Shown piece by piece: positions 59,571 through 64,000 of a DNA stretch of 64,000 nucleotides. Below the pieces are notes generated by a model. That model saw nothing but the letters and a program-made list of their open reading frames with translations, made no database searches and was not told the DNA's origin. Every line of letters starts with the position of its first letter. Position 1 is the stretch's first letter. This DNA comes from Ranitomeya imitator (Eukaryota). A program made the position numbers and the translations under genes. The stretch covers positions 324,694,001-324,758,000 of the forward strand of contig NC_091284.1 in NCBI RefSeq assembly GCF_032444005.1, written 5' to 3'.

Positions 59571-60034
59571 TTTTTTTTTAGGTGTTAAAAAAATAAATAA
59601 TAATGTTTTTTGCCCCCAAAAAGGTTTGGTTAATTGTTTATTTTGACGCCGGCAACACACACCATGTGCCAAATAAAAAACTACGCCGCACACTTTATTT
59701 TTTGCCCACATCATAGCTCCAGTAGTTAGCAAGTACAACAATGCAGTTTTGTGTGTGTTTAGTATAGAGATATGAGGTAGGCCAAAAAATGTATACTTCT
59801 ATTTTATCCATATTCTCTTCCTTCTACTTAGTCTGTGACTAGTGTTGCAGACTGAAGAGAAAATGGTGGCAATACAATGCAGAACTATACTCAACAGGTC
59901 AGGTGTCCAAAAACTCATTAGTTAGGACATCTGACCTGGTGAGTAGAGAACTGCCTTGTATAACCTCCATTTTCTCTTATGTGTACGTAATCTATTTCAC
60001 ACAAAGTGAAGGGACGATGGCGGTCATACAAGCC

Positions 60035-60077
60035 CTTTATCATGTACAGCACCATGGTATTAATGGTGCTATATAAA

Positions 60078-60112
<35 letters not shown>
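60035..60112 (+). repeat. short L2 3' tail with (AAT)n
   Basis: GTACAGCACCATGGTATTAATGGTGCTATATAAAT followed by (AAT)n, matching the L2 tail at 20359-20420. Confidence 0.75.
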
Positions 60113-60114
<2 letters not shown>

Positions 60115-60327
60115 AAGGCACATCTATGCTCACCTGGACATGTGTGAGAAATAGTGAATTCATAAGGCTGTTATGTGCATCATGAATTCATTATTTACGA
60201 CACCTGACTTGATGAGTATAGATCTGTTTTGTATTAAACAGCCATTGTCTCTTCAGTCTGTGTCCAATGGATACTGCAGAACAGAATAAGGACGCAATGA
60301 CGTCACCAACCTTACCACTAACAACCT

Positions 60328-60522
60328 GGCTGCCGTCACACTAGCAGTATGTGGTCAGTATTTTACATCAGTATTTGTAAGCCAAAACCAGGAGTGGAGC
60401 AATTAGAGGTAAAGTATAATAGAAACATATGCACCACTTCTGCATTTATCAACCACTCCTGGTTTTGGATTACAAATACTGATGTAAAATAGTGACCAAA
60501 TACTGCTAGTGTGACGGCAGCA
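60328..60522. mobile_element. small MITE nested in the Harbinger
   Basis: TIR GGCTGCCGTCACACTAGCAGTA / TACTGCTAGTGTGACGGCAGC; TSD unclear. Confidence 0.8.
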
Positions 60523-60644
60523 TTGGTTTGTAGAGCAAATACATAGGAGACACGGTCAAGATACCAAAAAATAAAGTTTATTAACGAGAAATATTAGTAA
60601 CATTTAAAAAAATAACTGGTACAGATAAAATCCCAACAGGACAT

Positions 60645-61957
60645 TTACACAACATTGTCCTGCCATGACACACGTCCAATATCTGAATCAAAAAAGGCAG
60701 CAAATTGGTCCCGCATGTGGCCAACTTCAGCAGTTGACTGAAGTGGGGGATGCTAGTAATCGGGCAGTGGGTGTGCAAAAGGTTCATCGAGTTCAATGTT
60801 GGGCCACTCCTTAGCCATTATGTAATTGTGCAGAACCACACAGGCTTTGACCACCTCGTCGACTGTCTCCATTTTTAGATTAATGGCTGATGCAAGAATG
60901 CGCCATTTTGTGACTAGAATCCCAAAGGTACACTCTACTGTTCTTCGGGCCCTGGTCAGTCTGTAGTTAAAAATCCTTTTAGTGTGGTTCAAGTCCAAAC
61001 TGGAATATGGCTTCAGTAGGTTTTCACACATCTGAAAGGCCTCATCACCAACCATAACAAATGGCATTGGTGGACATTGAGTGTTGGGGAGAGGTCGTGG
61101 CCGTGGAAAATTTAAATTTTTGCCATACACATGGCGGCCCATATCAGAGTTCTTAAAAGTCTGGGAATCGTTGCCACGGCCAAAAGCTCCAATGTCCACG
61201 GCGATGAAGCGACAGTCCGCATCGGCTATTGCCATGAGCACAACAGAAAAATATTTTTTGTAATTGAAGTACTCCGATCCTGTTCTGGCTGGTTTGATAA
61301 TGCGGATGTGCTTTCCATCCACCACTCCCAAACAGTTGGGAACTCATCCCGGAGTATATTCCACAAAGCCTGGCAGGTGTCCGCAACTATTCCGGACAGG
61401 TTGGATATTCCAAGCCGGTATTGGAAGTGGAGGGATGATAAACTCTCTCTGGCTGCCAGAAATCTGGAAGAAAATGAAATAAAAAAAAAAAATTACGATC
61501 AATGCTATTTATGGTGTTGTTATGCAAAAGACAAAGGAAAATACCAAAAATATACATGTCAGAACAGCCAAAATTAGCACTGCCATTGGTTTAGATTTGT
61601 TACGTACCTTAATGTAACCAGCAGACGTTTCTCTGGTGGAAACGCTCTATGGAGCTGGGTGTCCTTTCTCTGTATGGCTCCTTGGACACGAGCAAGCAAA
61701 TCCGGGAACGAGTCTTGCGACATCCTTGTATATTCCGGGAATTTGTCCGGATTGGCATTAAGCTCGCCATACAGCGTGTGATAGGCTCCACGTCTCTCAC
61801 ATAATTCAATAATGGTGTGTCTCCAAAAACGCCTACGACGTCTCCTTCTCCATCTTTCGCGATTTCTGTCTTGTTCCCAAGCAAACGCACAGGCTAGAAA
61901 CAGCTTGATGCTTAAAACCAGGTTGAAATAAAAGCTCTCCATGTGAAGATCCATCAT
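60645..61957 (-). pseudogene. Harbinger DDE nuclease (HARBI1-family transposase), two exons (61957-61608, 61463-60645)
   Basis: RLLVTLR|FLA; VVDGKHIRI, NYKKYFS, VGDEAF, RARRTVECTFGIL; frameshifting deletion near 61345 and TAG at 60753. Confidence 0.93.
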
Positions 61958-62285
61958 GACACAGGATACAAGAGCAAAATCTGAAGATTTCAGCTCTTCA
62001 AGGGTCTATATAAAGATATCCCATAATGCACGCCCTCTGTAGTCACATTGGCAGTGTCTGGTTATCTAGATTTTTCTCCTGTAAAATTTGTCACCATGCA
62101 CACCAAAAACGCAAACGCAGGTAAAAACGCATAGAAAAGCATGTAAATGCGGCGTATTTTTAACGGCATGCGTTCATGCATGCGTCTAAAAAACGCCGTG
62201 TTTGAACGTGTTTATATGCGTTTTTTCCTGCACTTGCGGACGCGGATTAAACGCTGCGGATTCTAACGCAAATGTGAAACTAGCC

Positions 62286-62824
62286 TTCAGTGGACCCTTG
62301 GTTGTCATGACAACCCATCAGCGTCCCACTACGTCATGGTTGTGCTGATGGGCACATGGAATGATGTCACCCCATGTCAGTGCGTTCCCTTAGGGGACTT
62401 ACAGCTGCAACCATCTAATCGCGCTTACTGTACAAAGCAGTGCATCAGCACTGCTATGTATAGCAAAAATCATGGTGTCCCAAGAACACCAGCTAAACGC
62501 TGGCTTACACAGGAGAACTGTCATGACAAGCACGGAGGTCTTCAGCGGACCCTTGGTTGTCATGGCAACCTATCGGCACCCCATGATCACGTCACGTGGG
62601 CACGCCGATGGGCATATGGCATTATTGTGCCCCCCTACTGCTGCACATTAAATACTGCTGTCACAGATTGACAGTGGCAGTTAACAGGTTGTTAGAGCGA
62701 GATGATGGCTGAGTAATTCAGCTATCACCTGCCAGGAAGGATGCTGGCTTGGCTTGCGAGCCTACATCAAAGTCAGGGACCCGCCATGTGATGTAACTGT
62801 ACATCGTATGTCGGGAATGGGTTA
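62286..62824. mobile_element. right part of a piggyBac-like non-autonomous element that hosts the Harbinger (left part ~56665-56731)
   Basis: Ends ATGTCGGGAATGGG-TTAA; the internal direct repeat CACCAGCTAAAC.CTGGCTTACACAGGA.AACTGTCATGACAAGC.CGGAGGTCTTC occurs at 56676 and 62487. Confidence 0.55.
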
Positions 62825-63606
62825 ATAGTGCCAGCAAAGGGCCACTTTATTAATAGTACCAGTAAATGCCATCATTATCAATAGTGTCTAAAAAAGCACC
62901 CCTATCATTAATAAAGACATGTGTGCCCACAATATAAACAGCCCCAAAAATGTGTGTGTCTGTAAGTTCTAAGCATATTAAGCATTAAAAGTTCAATGCT
63001 CCTTTGGAGCAGCAGATTCCTCTAAGCAAAAAAGGTTGTGCCCACTGGTAAAAGGTATACGTTATTTCTTGCTTCCATTATTTATTTGACTTATTTTTTG
63101 GTAGAGATATAGCTCCCTCGATTATCAGGTTAAATAAACTCTCACTCTTCAGCTGCCCCACTGACCGGCAGAACATGCTGTTTTCAGACGCCTGCTGTGT
63201 GCTGACCCTGGTGCTGATTGGGTCGGCTGGATAAATTACAGCTCCGATATTGTATTAAACATGGTGCAGCTCTTACTCAAGTGAGTGCAAAGGAGCAACA
63301 ACCCGACAATCACAATCAATGGCACAATGGAAAATAATACCACTCTACACAATCTCAATTAAATTATTACAAAAAAGCTATGTACATTATTATTTAGACC
63401 ATGTATTGAGTAGCAGTAAGATGAAGACTAGTTCTAACCTGCTATGAGTACAATGTATCTTTAAGGACGTTGTTCATTCTTCACAATAGAAGCTTTAGAT
63501 TTCATTGTCACTTTACTAATATCGTGTCTAGTACTATCGAAAATACAGAAAAAAACATGGTCTGGCACCTAAAGCTTGTGAGCACTACACTATTATTACA
63601 GCTGTG

Positions 63607-64000
63607 CAGGGTCGGACTGGCCTGGCGGGGTAGCGGGTAAATGCCCGGTGGGCCCCGGGGTCGCGGAGGGCCTTTAAAAATGCAGGCCCTTTAAAAGCGC
63701 GTCCGAATTTTTTGCACGCACCATCTGATCGCGGGAATGCTGGCTGGCAAGCTCACTGTCGCCACACACAGGATAAGGACCTTGACGGACATTCTGTGAG
63801 GGCGATGACAAGCACCTCGCTCTGCTTTCCCGCTCTGTTGGTGATGGTGACTAATGAAGTGGTGACTCTGCTCTCTGCTCTCCCGGCTCCCGCCCCGCTG
63901 TGTGCTGCTGTGGTGAGTAGTAGTCGGTGACTGACTAACTTCACTCTGCTCTCCTGGGCCCCTGCTCCCGCTGTCCTGCCGCCGTGTGAGTGACTCTGTG
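63607..64000. mobile_element. probable hAT-type non-autonomous element, left end; continues beyond the window
   Basis: CAGGGTCGGACTGGCC start with GC-rich GGGCCC subterminal motifs. Confidence 0.5.

Larger units (their letters stand above)
56732..62285. mobile_element. full-length PIF/Harbinger transposon (5554 bp), two convergent genes, decayed
   Basis: TIR GGCCGGTTTCACATTTGCG / CGCAAATGTGAAACTAGCC; 3-bp TSD TTC; Myb/MADF-like gene on plus and DDE nuclease on minus. Confidence 0.95.

Noticed and set aside
60645-61957. Host HARBI1 gene
   Set aside because: It is enclosed by TIRs and a TSD, is paired with a Myb-like gene, and is disrupted.

Overview
This is eukaryotic, very repeat-rich vertebrate genomic DNA. 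The repeat families suggest a frog (an inference). I recognise no host protein-coding gene, rRNA, tRNA or CRISPR array. The window is mostly a nested stack of transposable elements. Retroelements: a Tf1/sushi-like Ty3/Gypsy element (5' LTR, gag, protease, RT; runs off the left edge), several solo LTRs with intact TSDs, CR1 and L2 LINEs, and Penelope-like elements (PLEs) with a GIY-YIG remnant and hammerhead-ribozyme motifs. DNA elements: two decayed hATs, a pogo/Passer-like DD35D element, three Tc1 DD34E elements (one with an open 342-aa ORF), a full-length two-gene PIF/Harbinger, many Harbinger- and Kolobok-type MITEs, non-autonomous Helitrons and a piggyBac-like element carrying a ~380-bp tandem array. 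The most interesting signals are mechanistic footprints. (1) The Gypsy element has a 9-nt LTR/PBS complementarity placed 24 nt after a TATA-like box, as expected for tRNA-independent self-priming. (2) Two insertions share the architecture ~15-bp TSD / inverted pLTR / body / pLTR tail / TSD. (3) One hammerhead carries a compensated U3-A8 core. (4) A Helitron dimer has an exact CTAG|TC junction. (5) A hairpin lies between the convergent Harbinger genes. All coordinates were read by eye; boundaries described as approximate may be off by tens of bases.
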